Below, piece after piece: positions 24,801 to 37,969 of a DNA stretch of 64,000 nt (its first letter is position 1; every line of letters starts with the position of its first letter). Source of the DNA: Nageia nagi (lineage: Eukaryota; Plantae; Pinophyta); contig JBITNC010000001.1 of NCBI GenBank assembly GCA_050084985.1, forward strand, positions 98,270,001-98,334,000. Reading direction: 5' to 3'. The notes under the pieces are model-generated. The model searched no databases. It saw only the letters and a program-made list of their open reading frames with translations, and was not told the origin of the DNA. The position numbers were made by a program, and so were the translations under genes.

Positions 24801-26539
24801 GCTTTTGTGTTGATTGTTGCACTTCAAGGTGTCCTTGTGGTTGGCTATGGAAATTGATTTTGTGTGTAGAGAAGAAATGGCTGATTGTTTAGGGTTTTAA
24901 CTTTAACTTTTGCTTTTCTACTTTAGTTTTAAATTTTCAAGGGTTTACTTATAAACTTTCGTATGCAAAGAGGGTGGAGAGGCTTTGGTGGGCCCCACCA
25001 CCCCTTTTTGGGCCTTTTTTGTTTTTTAAAGTGTAGACTGCAAGGGACAACTAGCCATCCTTGGACGATCGAGGGATATCATTGGCATTTCCCTCCTTTC
25101 CAACCATTTCCTAAGATGTATGGGAAATGTTCAGCCTTTCTCCTCAACCATCCTGGATATGGTTAGGAGATGCATCCTATTTGGGGATGTCGTGAGAAAT
25201 GTATCCTATAGATTTTTATTGTATCCAAAGCAGGGATATGAGGATACAGGCATTTTATGGGGGAATGCATATCCTAATATCCTTGGTTTAAACTAAAAAA
25301 TGTTATCTATATAGTGAAGGAAATCCCAACAACTTTTTCTCCTTTTAGTGTTTCTTGAACTCACATACTCACATTAATGGTTACGAATATATATTTGAAG
25401 AAAGATTAATTATTATTTAAGAATGAATAAGATTGCGTTTGGCATGAATTTGACGTGTACTAGCCTTTTGGTCAAGAATATAATGCAAGCACAAAATCAT
25501 TTTCTTTATCGTTAGTTGCTTGCTAAGATATCTAAGTTTTAGGTTTTATACACAAGTTTTCTCCTTTAACATGCTTACTTCATTGTCCAATGAAATACTC
25601 TCACTTGAAGATTCATCACTTGATTTTGGAAGTCATTAGAGGAGTTTTTAAAGCCTACAAGTTACGCATCGTGTACATCTTTAAATGATTTTATCTCTTG
25701 TCCTGATTGTGTGATCTACACCTTTTTTATTTGAGAAAGGAAAAAGCTTAGATTGATTTTGAAAATTACATTTACATTTGGGGTTGCCTTTGTGTTTTTA
25801 CAATAAAGGGGAATAAAATATACTTCATGATCTAACATCTAGAGACAAATCATATTTTTGTTAGCAACTCTAACATCTATTGTCAAATGTGATCAAGGCA
25901 GTAAAACACAAAATGCTAACCTTGTCATCATCCAATTACACTTATATTTTTGCAACTTTTGATATCACACTTAATAAAAAATACTAATGTTGAGCATGGA
26001 AAGTAGTATCCCATGTAGATATGCTTTGCTGGGAGATATGGGGAAGCCATTTGTGTTGGCATTGTAACCCTAGCCATGCACGAAACAATCATATTCTTTC
26101 CCTTCAATGTGGAGTATGCTTGGGCCTTTCTCTTCCATGCCTCCATGTGTCCATTTTGGTGAGTTGTCTGTGGGAAAGAGAGCCATGGCAACCCCAAATA
26201 GAGGAGCCACCATGAAACTTTACTCCATGTATCATTGCTTTTTTTGGTAAGGGTAAATTTAGAGGGGTTTTTGTATAGGTACCCAACCTGTTATTACAAA
26301 TTTGAAACAGTTTTGACAACATCCTGCCATTGTTTATTTTGTGGCAACATCTTGCCACTAAATGCAACTTGGTTATCCAATCAAACATTGGACATTGGTT
26401 TTATACAAATTTCAATGTAAAAGTTATCTTCCTTGAGTGAATTTGCTACAGTAATCGTAGCGTGTAGATCAACGATTTCTCATACAATTCTTAGTTCTTT
26501 CCAACTTTGAGGAGAAAACCTCTCTCGAAGCCAACGAGC

Positions 26540-27600
26540 GATGATTGTTTCCCATCTGCAACATCCTTGGCTACTTTCATCTATCTGATTTCATTACTGC
26601 TAGGTCTTCCCACATGTATGGCACCAATATTTGTGATTTAGAGGCACTACAGATCATCATTCTCATAATGTTTCTTCCCCGTTGTGTTTCCTTTACTATG
26701 GTCTCCTTTGAGTTCGACATTTGGTCAATATTTCGGTCCTTTCTTTTCTTCGGTCCATCATTTGTCCATACATTGATGTATTTTGGATTATTTGGGCTCT
26801 GATCTTGACCCTTTGTCACTTGAAGGCCCGTAGAGGGAGCTGCGTCTACTTCCAAAGGGATGGTTGATTGTTCAAGTAACGCTACCTTTGTTGACCCTTC
26901 TATTGTTGGTTGAGGAATCTCACCATCCTCCAGATCGTTTGAGTTTTCTCCTATCTTTTGTTTGGGCCTCCACTCTTTACGGGCTGATCTTGCATCTACA
27001 ATATTAGTCGAGCATAATCTAGTTGAATGTCCTATTTAATTACATCTTGAGTAGAGGCAGTTATTAAATTCATACCTCAATTCTTGGATCCACTTGCCAA
27101 TTTTAGAATCTAGGCTTATGGTCTTTTGCAGTTTTACTCCAAATTCCACCAATACATAGAGCCTTGCTTCCACCAAACATGACCGAGCTTTTGTGATCTC
27201 ATCCGCCATGACAAATTTTCAAAAGGTAATTTGAAAGTGTTTCCTACATAGGAGATAATATGATTTGAGCCTTCTTCATAGTTGAATCATTTCCAAAAAT
27301 AGTCCCCTCTTCTTGAAAATCTAAGGGGTGCTCAAAACATAATCCCTATCCTCTATATTTCCAAAAGAGAACATCAAGTAGTCATTGGTAGCGCAATGAC
27401 TTCCAGATTGCCTTGATCTTCCATCATAATTTCATCCATCTATGAACTTGGTCAATGTTTGGCCTTGCACAATGCAATTTTCCAATCAGGCTGAGTTGAC
27501 CTCTATTTGTCATTTTATCTGTGATTTCTTTTAGAATCTATAGACAAATTTTTCCATCATTCAAGGCAAACACTACCAATGGAGGTCCATAATCTAACTT
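26540..27600 (-). mobile_element. Degenerate L1-clade LINE ORF1
   Basis: Minus strand reads LIGKLHCARPNIDQVHRW (DUF4283-like), then EARLYVLVEFGVKLQKTISLDSKIGKWIQELRYE..CLYSRCN*IGHSTRLC (zinc knuckle), then the C-terminal GRPSSNEIR*MKVAKDVADGKQSSL. Confidence 0.75.
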
Positions 27601-28574
27601 TGCCTCGTGCCCTAGCTCATCAACTCCTCGTGCCCTAATCGCTCGCTCCTATTTGCGCTTTGCGTCTAAAAAAATGATCCATGTGTCATTGCTTAAACTC
27701 ATAATAGCTTGAAGGTTTTCTAGATAAAGCCATCAAATATCTATCGAAACCTTAACTCCAAACCATGATTTCAAGGTCATCCAAGCCTCAACTCTAAATT
27801 ATTACATTGTTATTGATGAGGTTGTGGAGGAACCTCCTCCCTTGGTTCAAAGAAGTCTCTATTAATTTCCACTTGCCCAAAATAGAATGACATCATCTTC
27901 AATGCTACATTTTGCAATCAAGGGCTTAGCTTATGAATCACTGCTCTTGGGTTTTCAATGAGGATAATTGACAACAATTGTGATGTCATGAGAAGGTGTT
28001 GCATTCTTGACCCCTCTAGATAAGTAGTAATCTCTCCCTAGGTTTAAGGTTCTTCATGTATCTCTCTGTTAGCAAAAGGTAAATTGGAGTTGTAATTGTT
28101 GTTACCTTGGCCTTCACCGTTGACAAGCATATTAACCATAATCTTAAGCTCTGAAAATTCTGAATATAACTCCATTATTGTCTCTATCTTGCACCGATAG
28201 GTGGGGAATATGCAAATAAGGCTCTGAAACTTCTAAATATAACTCTACTATCATCTCTATTTGCCACCAATAGGTGGGGAGTACATAAATAATTTCACAA
28301 ACTATCCTCAAACAGTTAAAATGTGTCATGTTATAACTAGAGTGAGATGTAAGTGGTGTCCATCCATCCACCCAAATATTAAATATTCATATTGCCAAAA
28401 GTCTATTCTGAGTTGAGATAGCTTTCCCCTAATATTAAATAATTTTTGACTTCTTACATATTTCCATTCAACATAGGCATGTTGATATCCCCAACGTGTA
28501 AATTGGTATAACATGTAGTAAAAAAGAGTTTTGAATTTGATTATATGTTAATACATGCAAATAAATATGGTTTC

Positions 28575-30625
28575 CTTTTTTTTAAACCCATATCTATACA
28601 GGTTCCAATAAATCTAACCATTGGATGAGGGGAGTTTCATCACCGTCCATCCTAAATTTTTTTGTGTATCTTGTTTTTCTTTTAATCATCATTTGGAACA
28701 ATTTCACATTGTTACGAGGCATCGTTATCCTCACAGTGTTTATCTTTTTTAATAAGTTTAATTATTTGGGCATCCAAGTCTGGAAGAGGGCTTTTGATTT
28801 TGCATCCCTTCATAATAATGTTAGAGTCCCACTTCACATATCAATTTTGTTTCATTTTCAAGACCTAGACACAAGGCTCCATTTCTGCTAAATTATTAGT
28901 GGTATCTGAAATTGCATACTCTCCCAGCAAATTGCATCTCTTTGCATTGTCCCAGATTAAAGCCTTTGTTGCAGCCAGATCAGGGTTACCCCTAGCAGCA
29001 CCATTGAAGTTATGCTTCAACCAACTAGGAGGGGTAATCCATTTAATATATTCCTTTTTCTTTTTCTATTTTTCATTTGCTGACTATTTATGTAGTTTAG
29101 CAAAGAGGAAGATGTTACATTTGCCATCTTTGCTACCATTTTAGAGCCTTATTTTGAAACAACCTATCACTTCTTTTCCCTCCAACTCCACCAGGGACTA
29201 GGGTTTTAGCAATCTAGCATATGAGCATATCCCTTTGGGGATCTTTTTCCTCAATCATCAAGAAAAGGAATTAGGAAAACATTGGTCATAGCCCATCCAG
29301 CCTATCAGAGCTATCCAAACTTATGTAGTGTAACTACAACTAAGTAAAACAATATTAAAATTTTCATCATTTTTGCGAAGTATACAAATCCTAGGCCCTT
29401 TGAAGTTTGAAATCTTATTTTTGGAGGTTATCATGGGTCAATATCCTATTCCTTAAGGCCAACCAGGTAGTATCTTAGCCTTTGGCCATACCTTCCTTTT
29501 CTAAATTGCTGAATAGGTCTTTGGGGGTTTGAGTTGTCAAAGAATAATTCATGCCCCTCTTTAACTGTATATTGGCCTATCTTGCCTAGCGACCAGATCC
29601 AGTAGTCCTCATTTTGATGAGCAAGGACATTAAAAGTCACAAGCATCTTTTTAATGCTTTTCCATTGGGCTTTGTGTTTTGGTTGAGGGGATTGGAAATT
29701 CTTCCATCCCTTTGATCTATCGTGCTTAGTTTTCTAGTAGTTTTTAGTTTTTCATCCCCAAAGCTCCATAAGATATTTGAAGGGTTGTTGGTTCCTTGGG
29801 GATAAAAGGTGAGAAATATTTAATCTAATTTTCCTGGTACAAGCAGGTGGAGTTCCCATTAAGAATAACTTTATACATATGGATCAAGCTAATATATCCT
29901 TGATTATTGTTAGGTGTTTTGAAAACATTCTAAAAAAATCTCATCATATATTTCTTCTACATGATACGGCTCTAGAGAACTTTTGAACCTATTTATTTAA
30001 GAGGGTGATATCCTGGAAACCTAGTCCTCCTTTGTGCATGGTTTTCCAAATCTTATCCAAAGCCATTAAAGATATCATGTTCCTTTCTTTTTTGACCTGC
30101 CATAAAAATCTTTTTTGGATTTCCTAAATCCTAGTTTTAATATTTTTTGGCATACATAATAGTGTCATTGGGTAGATGGGCTGGATTTGAAGAAAAATCC
30201 TCCAATAGATAGGAATTTTTAGTTTCTGAGCTTCATTTGTATTTTATCAATAAGGGATTGCCATTTTCATTTTTGTTTTAAGCTTTGAAGAGAGGAAACT
30301 GAACATAGCTAGTAGGGAGTTCTATCTGATACTTGATGTAAGCACCAATTGCGGCTTGGACATGAAGTGGGGTATGGAAGAAGTAGATAATAGATTTTTT
30401 CATACTTATCTTTTGACCAACTGCTAACTCATAAAGGGAAAGCATCTCTTTGAAAGTTCTAGCTTCTGACATGATTGCTTCTCCAAGAAGAATATTGCCA
30501 TCATCAAAGGAGTGTGATAGGCTATTAGAGTCAATATGTAGAATGCCTTTGATTCTGTTTTTGTTCTTTCTTTTTTGATAGACATCTACTAAGTGCCTCA
30601 GCTAATATGATAATGAACAATCTAC
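28575..30625 (-). mobile_element. Degenerate L1-clade LINE ORF2, 3' half (RT C-terminus through RNase H), with A-tail
   Basis: SHSFDDGNILLG (decayed FADD), LYELAVGQKISMKKSIIYF, IQPIYPM...RFLW, KGGLGFQDI. RNase H motifs WITPPSWLKHNFNGAARGNP, TTNNLAE and VKWDS. T-run at about 28576. Confidence 0.85.
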
Positions 30626-30639
30626 ACTTTTAACTTGTG

Positions 30640-33030
30640 TATCGTAATTGAATCTTTGGCATTGCTAGTTTCGAACAATTTTTTTATTCTTTGAAGGCAA
30701 TTAAGCAAACAAACCTTTTCTTTGATTCCTCTTTCTTTATTTTTCTGAATTTTATATTTCTATTAAGTTGTCACATCCTCTTTTCTTTTGACTATTTTTT
30801 GCTCATCCATTTGAACTTAACATTAAAGGTCATGAATTCTCTCTTCAATATATCTATCTAAACATGGAGGGCATTCTTTTGAGCTTGGAATTTCCTAACT
30901 TGATCTTGAAATCCCATGTTTGTGTAGTTATGAATTTATTCCTAGAATGCATCCTTGGACCTTATCAATTTTTCCTAAATCATTAAAATGTTCTCTTAGC
31001 TCACAATTATATTAAGTGACAACTTGGATTTGTTGTCTTTAAGAGTTTACATTATTTGAACAACACAAACACCCCTTTTTTCTATATTGGCTATTGTTTC
31101 TTCATTGTCTTCAAGTCGATATGCATGATTGATTGTGTAATCCATTTCTCTTTCAATAATTTTTTGCTATGTTTTATAACTTCTCTTTCCAGATCCTAAA
31201 ATCTATTGTTGATGATGTTTAGCATGCACACTCCTAATTGAATTTGTGCCCTTGAAGGTGCTTTACTTGATTTTGAAAACCATTGAGACCTCATTTTAGC
31301 AAGTTTATATTGCCTAGATGTTCATAAATTTCTATTCCATTTATAGAGAATGTTTAATTGAAGATTTTATGCTCTAGTGTTTGAACATTTTTGCTGGGAC
31401 TAGAAAGTTATTGCTTAGCTATAGTGATATGTTCATCAAATTATGTTTAGAGGAAGTTGCTAATTCTTTTTTTTCCAAAATGTCTTCATGAGCATTCTCT
31501 AGTCCAATTCTCAATTCTTTTAAGATATCTACATGTTTCACAACCTGTTGTGGTAAGGGTATTGAAGATTCTCAATTTTTGATTTTGCAGGTGGAGTAGC
31601 ATTGAATGGTGAACTTGTTGAATATAGCTTGATTAGGCCGAGTATCATCATCAAATCTAGTCGCCTTTTGATCAATCAAATCCTATCGAATAACCCTTAG
31701 CTTTTTGCACTTTTTGTGGTATATATAGTATTTTGATGATGTTGCAGGATTTTTTAAACCTACAACCTTTTGGGACATCAATGGAAAAATGATGTTCTCT
31801 TCTTGAGGGCAATTCAATGATCTACCCTTTAACTAGGGTGTCCAAAACTGAACTTAAGCTTTTATGAAATCATGAAATTTTTTTTATGGTCTTTCGTGAA
31901 GGTTGTTTTGAACTTCTTCTATGATTTCTACAAAGTTTATTTTTATATTTATCAATTGTTGTGTTTTTCATTATTTTATTGTTACTCTTTTCATATTTTT
32001 ATATTCCACATTCTAAGAGAACAATTTATTTTTGATCATATTGTGAATCATTTTCTCGAAACACAAATCAATGAGATTACAAGTGTGACCTTTGAATGTT
32101 GGAAGAAGTGCTTGTGATAGATATTCTTTTAAATCCTTTTGTTTTGCTATTATTTCATTTACTTTCCTTTTCCATACCTTTATGAAATCATAAAATTTCT
32201 GTTTTGGTAGTTGTTTTAACTTGTATAAATCCCCTAGTGTAGTATCACATTTGATGCTCAATCCAAATTTTTGCAAGAACTTCTATGTAAGATTGTCAAA
32301 ATTCTGAATGCTATCATTTGGTTATTCTTGAAACCATAGAAGGGCATCATTTTTAAAGCTCTTGAAAAATACGTAGTCTAGGGTATTTGTTGAATTCACT
32401 TGTGTAGTATCACATGTCACAACATCTTCATTGTTGTTGAATTCACTTTCTTCATTCTTGAATTTGAGTATATGTTGTCTAGGGTATTTCGCACCGTTGT
32501 ATTTGTTAAAACTTGGTAGATCCTTTTTTGGCAAAGTGAGTGATTTGATTCTTAAAAATGAGAAATTTGTTGATGCTTTTGTATGGAACCATATGATGTG
32601 GAATATTGCCTTTATTTTTGAGCATTATCAATTTTTGTAATATTTTTTGAACTTCATTAAATAAATGTATTTAGCCTATTTGTTTTGTTGATTGCATCTT
32701 AAATTGTTCCTTGGGTTTTTCTAATGTTTGGCTTTGTTTTGTAAAGACTTATTTTTTGTTTTCATGTTACCATTGGAGTACTCTTTGACTTAATGTCAAT
32801 TTTATGTTGTTCTTTAGGAGATAACTTTTGGGATAGAGGTTTTTCTTTTCTCCATTGTATTAAATTTATGATGGTTATTGCTTCATCATATGTATTGGAT
32901 TTCTTGATCTTGATGTTGTATGCTTGGACTTAATGGTTGTGATGTTACTCTTGATTTTGTTTTACTTTTTGTTGCCACTCAAAGTCTCAAGCTTTCGCTT
33001 CAGGAAGTATTTTAGGATATTTCACATCAT
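30640..33030 (-). mobile_element. Degenerate, internally deleted Ty3/gypsy (Tat/Ogre-like) element; gag is recognisable
   Basis: LPSFNKYNGAKYPRQHI, FFKSFKNDALLWF..PNDSIQNFDNL..FLQKF, TLGDLYKLKQ...FYDFIKVWK and YHKKCKKL..I.DLID parallel the gag at 46300-47200. Confidence 0.75.
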
Positions 33031-33569
33031 AGGCATTCCTAGGATTAATGTGGTAGGAAGTGGCAATAATGTAGTAGGAGGTGAAATAGAATAAGGGATG
33101 ACATTAGACATAAAAAAGTCTATTTCTAGGTTGACAGCAAGCGAATTGTGATTTTGGGGTGTTAGGGCCAAAATGTTGGCACTTTGGTACATAGGGTCTA
33201 GAATGTCCACATTCTAGGATAGGAATTCTAGAATGCTCATGTTTTGAGATTGGGACCTCAAATTCCTTGCATTTTGGTCAAGAGGTCCCAAAATGTCTGT
33301 GGTGGGATGGGAAATGTAAAACATGTAGAGAATATGATGCTTTTGTTGGATTTGATGCTAAACTAAAGTTATCCTAAAATAAAATATCTTTAAAACTATT
33401 GGTTGACTCAAATTCATAAAAGGATGAACGGGGTGGATCTTAGATACCTTTGGCCTTATATAAGTCAATGATTACGTTTTGTAATCTCGACGACATGAAA
33501 AGTAATGAAGGAAATCATTATTGACCAATATAATCTGAAGGAAATCTTCTGTGGTTGGGCATGTAATGG

Positions 33570-34865
33570 TAATTCAAAATATTTCTAAATATATGTTGAA
33601 AAGGTTTGGGATGGACATGTACAAGCCTGTTGCTACACCAATTGCTCATGGAGAGCTTTTGTGTAAAGAAGATGGGGTTGACAAAGCACATAAGACTGAA
33701 TTTAGGAGCATAATGGGAAGTCTCATGTTTCTCACCAATACTAGATCTGATATATAATATGCTGGTTCATTGGTAGCCAGATTTATGAGTGATCCTTCCA
33801 TTGTGCATTTGAAGGCAACAAGAAGAAATATTGAGGTATGTTAGAGGTACTATGGATTTTGGTATTCATTACTCCCATTCAAAGAAGTTTGAAATTGTTT
33901 GGGTATAGTGATAGTGATTGGGAGAGTAACGTTGATGATAGAAAGTCCACAAGTGGAAATTGCTTCTCATTTGGTTCATACCTGATTACATAGAGTTCTA
34001 GAAAGCAAAGTACAGTGGCATTATCTTCAACAAAGGTTGAGTATATAACACTTACTTCAGTAGGAGCATATGCCTTGTGGCTTCACAGAGTCTTGGAGGA
34101 GATTGGTGAGAGGAAATGTGGACCTACATTACTTCTTTGTGATAACACAAGTGCCATTCACTTGACACAAAAACACATTGATGTGAAGTACCATTATATT
34201 TGAGACACGATGGAAAAAAGAGGTGTTTGGAGCTTGGGCATGTTGGCACTAAATTTCAATTGCCAAACATATTACTGAAAACCATTGCCAGAGCTCAGTT
34301 TTTGTTGTTGAGAGAGTCACTTGTGAGCCCTCTCATCTCAAGGGGGAGTATGTTGGAAGTCAGAGCTCTACTTAAGGTTTGAAGTATTCTGTTATTCCAG
34401 AGCCAACACATATGTCAGCCTTCGTGCCCACACCAACATCCAAACCCACGTTAGCATCCACACCACATTAGCATTTGCACTGTCTTTCTGTTGTTTTGTA
34501 TATGACGTTTCATTTCCAGTTTTCGAAGGAGTGTTAGGATTTAGACTGTTGGTGTTTCAGATTCAACATAATTCCTGAATTCTGAATTCAAATGTATATA
34601 CTTCTGTTTTGTCCATAAAAAATGTAAGAGTGTGTAATGAGATATAAGTTTGATTCAAGTATTGCATCTATTACTGTGTTGGTATGATATTAATCAAATA
34701 GACTTCATTATTGTCTCTGGTTTAGTTTTGTTGCTCCATTATTGAATATTTTGTTTTAGCTATTTACTTCACTCTTTATCCCCGAATACTTCCTAAAAAT
34801 GGCCCGGTGCACCATCCCATCTTGGAAACCTATACCGCTATCCCTTGCCATATTCATCCCCAACA
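33570..34865 (+). mobile_element. Ty1/copia 3' fragment: RT C-terminus, RNase H, PPT and 3' LTR
   Basis: LKRFGM..KPVATP, FRSIMGSLMFLTNTRSDI, GYSDSDW..DDRKSTSG, SSRKQSTVALSS, CDNTSAI and KHIDVKYHYI. PPT caagggggagta at 34339-34350. LTR TGTTGG...CCAACA at 34351-34865. Confidence 0.92.
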
Positions 34866-36136
34866 CATTGTGTAACCTTGCTTAGTTGTAGCCTACAATG
34901 ACGCTGTAATGCTCTTTGGTTTAATCTCGGTTCTTTTTTCATTCAAAACATAAAGCTCAAACATCACATCCGAAAATATGAAAGTACAAAATACTGAGTT
35001 AGCTGCTATTCTTCAAACAATTCATACTAAAGGCAATGGATGTTCGTTAGTCACCCATAATGATGAAAGAGATTTCTGTGTCAATATTCCCCATTTTCAA
35101 AGTGCATGGAATGTAGGATTGTATTTCAGATGTTTCTGGACATTTCAAAATAATGACCCTAAGTTCATAATCTAAAACACAAATTAATGTTTGGCCATCT
35201 TTGATGAGTTGGATATTTTTACAAAGACGTGGCTCTGGAATGACAAATTGACTTTGAACAATTTCCACTAATATATATAAAGGTAGGACTCCTCATATAC
35301 CTTTGTCTTGGAGATCCTTAAGAAAATTTATCTAATTGGAAAGGCTACATGAGAAAATTGAACTTTTGCCCTAGATTTTATTCTAAACCTTGTAAATTGG
35401 ATGCCTCATTACTGTCATGAAATTCTATACAGCCTACCATCAAACTGCAAAAGACTGTTCCACAAGTTAAGAGCATGTGACTCCATCTTTAAGTTTACCA
35501 ACGCATTTACTGTTATGCACCAATCCTACCACCCTTAGATGCGACATTGCATTCAGTTGGGATCAAATGTAACTGGATTTATTTCAATGCATGTTCTTTC
35601 CTTTGAAATTCTAATAGAAAGGTGTGATGGTGGTTCTTTCAATCTACCAAGTTTTCTTGAAAACAAACTAGATATTATTCAGCTTAAAGGGCTTTTCTCA
35701 ATAGTCGCCAATCAGACAAACTTCTGTCAGAATATAATCTTGCATATATTCATTTGCAATTTGGATAAATTATACATAGACTGTTGTAAGATCATTTCAC
35801 TTGAGGAAGAAACCAATTCTACATGCTTCAAAATATTGTTTGTGAAATGATAAAAAACATAATGTCTTGTGTTATATGCTTTGTTTGCATCGCCTTGAAA
35901 TGAACTAGTTTTGTTAAACCTACATAATCTAGGTCAGCAAAGGGCATTGCCACATTTTTGGAATGCATTAAGTTTTGTTACTTGATTTTCAATAGAACAG
36001 AAGAAACATTATTTTTTTAATCCCAATATTAGAATGATCAATGAAGTATTGAAAGTCCACAAGGGGTGTATATGCTTACAAGGAAATTTGCCAAAATATA
36101 TTATGGGCATGTAGATCAAAAGCTAAAACACTTCAG

Positions 36137-36960
36137 ACATACCGTTAAAGTCTGCCAACCTTGTGTTGTTCATCAAAATTTGAACTATGCAATTATTCTA
36201 CAGGATGATGGATTCAATCCACATCTTTCTGAATCTGGTTTGGCAGATCTTACATCATCTGTTCTGAGAGTCGGATAAAAATTGGGACTTGTATATTCCG
36301 TGGTTTTTCTATCAATGAAATTATTTTGATATGACTTGTGTGACTTATTTGGTTCAGGTTTTAGCCCAAGCACTTGGATCATTTGGTCAGAGTGCCCCCG
36401 GGTTTTGCAACATCTGGATCCTACACCATGAAAAGTGATGTTTATAATTTTGGTGTTGTAATGTTAGAACTCCTAATAGGTCGCAAACCTTTAGACAGGT
36501 ATGGTGTTGTTAGAATTGTTGACTACTGACTTGTATAAGCTAGAGCTTTAACATACAAACATTTGTATTTTCCATCATCTGGATAAAGGCTTTTCAATAT
36601 GATGAGAGTTGGAGAAAGATACTCATGTATTTAATTTTTGCATGTTTGTATATAACCTAATGCTGTATTGGAACAACTCAAGGCCACATTCAAAGCAGTT
36701 ATTGGTGAGATGGGAAGCTCCCAAACTAGATGATATTGATGCATTCTCCAAGATGTTATTTATCCTCCTTTGAATGGTATTTATCCTCCAAAATCTCTTT
36801 CATGATTTGCAGATAGCATCTATTTATGTGTCCATGTTATGATTTCTTCCATTATGTTTTATATGCATTCTCTTCATTAATCATAACGTTTTCCTTCCAT
36901 GTGTGCAATTTTTGATGCGTGTTATTGGTTGGCAGTCAGAATTTGAGTTTAGACCACCAC
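36137..36960 (+). pseudogene. SRF: STRUBBELIG-receptor family (LRR-V RLK) kinase-domain pseudogene with 4 exon remnants
   Basis: Exon 36137-36274 reads VCQPCVVHQNLNYAIILQDDGFNPHLSESGLA. Exon 36358-36498 reads [39 protein letters not shown]. Exon 36677-36835 reads SRPHSKQLLVRWEAPKLDDIDAFSKM/PPLNGIYPPKSLS*FAD..LCV. Exon 36936-36960 reads EFEFRPP. These match the SRF consensus and exon structure. Frameshifts, a stop, a mutated donor (AT at 36275) and a mutated acceptor (AA at 36675) are present. Confidence 0.9.
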
Positions 36961-37969
36961 TAATATAGGGATTTAGTAGCATCAATTTTTTGAAGAAAGT
37001 TAGATTTTGATTATCAACTCCTTGGAAACATAGACATGTACATAAGAGGGTTTGACGATGAGAATATAAAACCAATAAGAAATATCTCTATACCAATTGA
37101 AGTAGGGAACAAAGTAGTTGATTCATAATTTTATGTCATGAATAAATCCCTCAATTTGCTACTTCAAAGACCTTCGCACATTATGTAAATTGTGTTTCTT
37201 TTATAGTGCATAGATGTGTTTCAAAGATGATGGAGTAATTATTACACTTCTTATAAATGATAAAGCTTCTTCATCATTGCAAATTTATGCGCTATGAGTT
37301 CAAACCAAATGATTTAGTATACCCCTTAGATTCACCATGAAGCGAATATAATAAAATAACTAAAAAAAGTAAATTTTTTTTACAAATTTCAATTTTAATC
37401 CACTTTGACAATGAAAATATGAGATAGAAAACATTGACACATTTCTCAAGAAATATTATTATAATTCTATATTAGGATTATAGTATAAGAAAATATAAAA
37501 TTTAGTTTGGTAATAACTCATCTATTAGTTTCGGTTCACTTTGAGATCAATTGATAGAAAGAAAGAAAGGAAGAAAGAAATTTTATCAATGTCCATAGGA
37601 GACCAAGAGTGGTCTATGGGACGATTGTAGAGAGTACATTATATCATAGTTTGTTGGTTGAGTTGGTCATGTTGTGACCTTGTTTTATAGAGTGTCCCAT
37701 GTTCAAATACCAATAAAAAAGGACTAACAATTCAAAATATATTCTTTGGTTTGACCTTTGCAACTAAGATAGTCAAAATGTATGGCCATCAAGGGCAAGA
37801 ACAAACAAGGTATAGTTAAATTAATTCAAACTATAAATCATAGATAATTTTTTTTTATGATATTTGTATATTAGAATTATAATGTGAGAAAATAGAACAT
37901 GAAAACATTTGTTAATTTAGGTTCACTTTGAGATCAGATTATACAACAAAAACCAAGCATATTAGGTCC

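Noticed and set aside
25928-26420. Cluster of overlapping short ORFs, possibly a gene or integrase fragment (HQNGHMEAWKRK)
   Set aside because: The resemblance to the copia motif PQQNG.AER is too weak and no supporting motifs were found.
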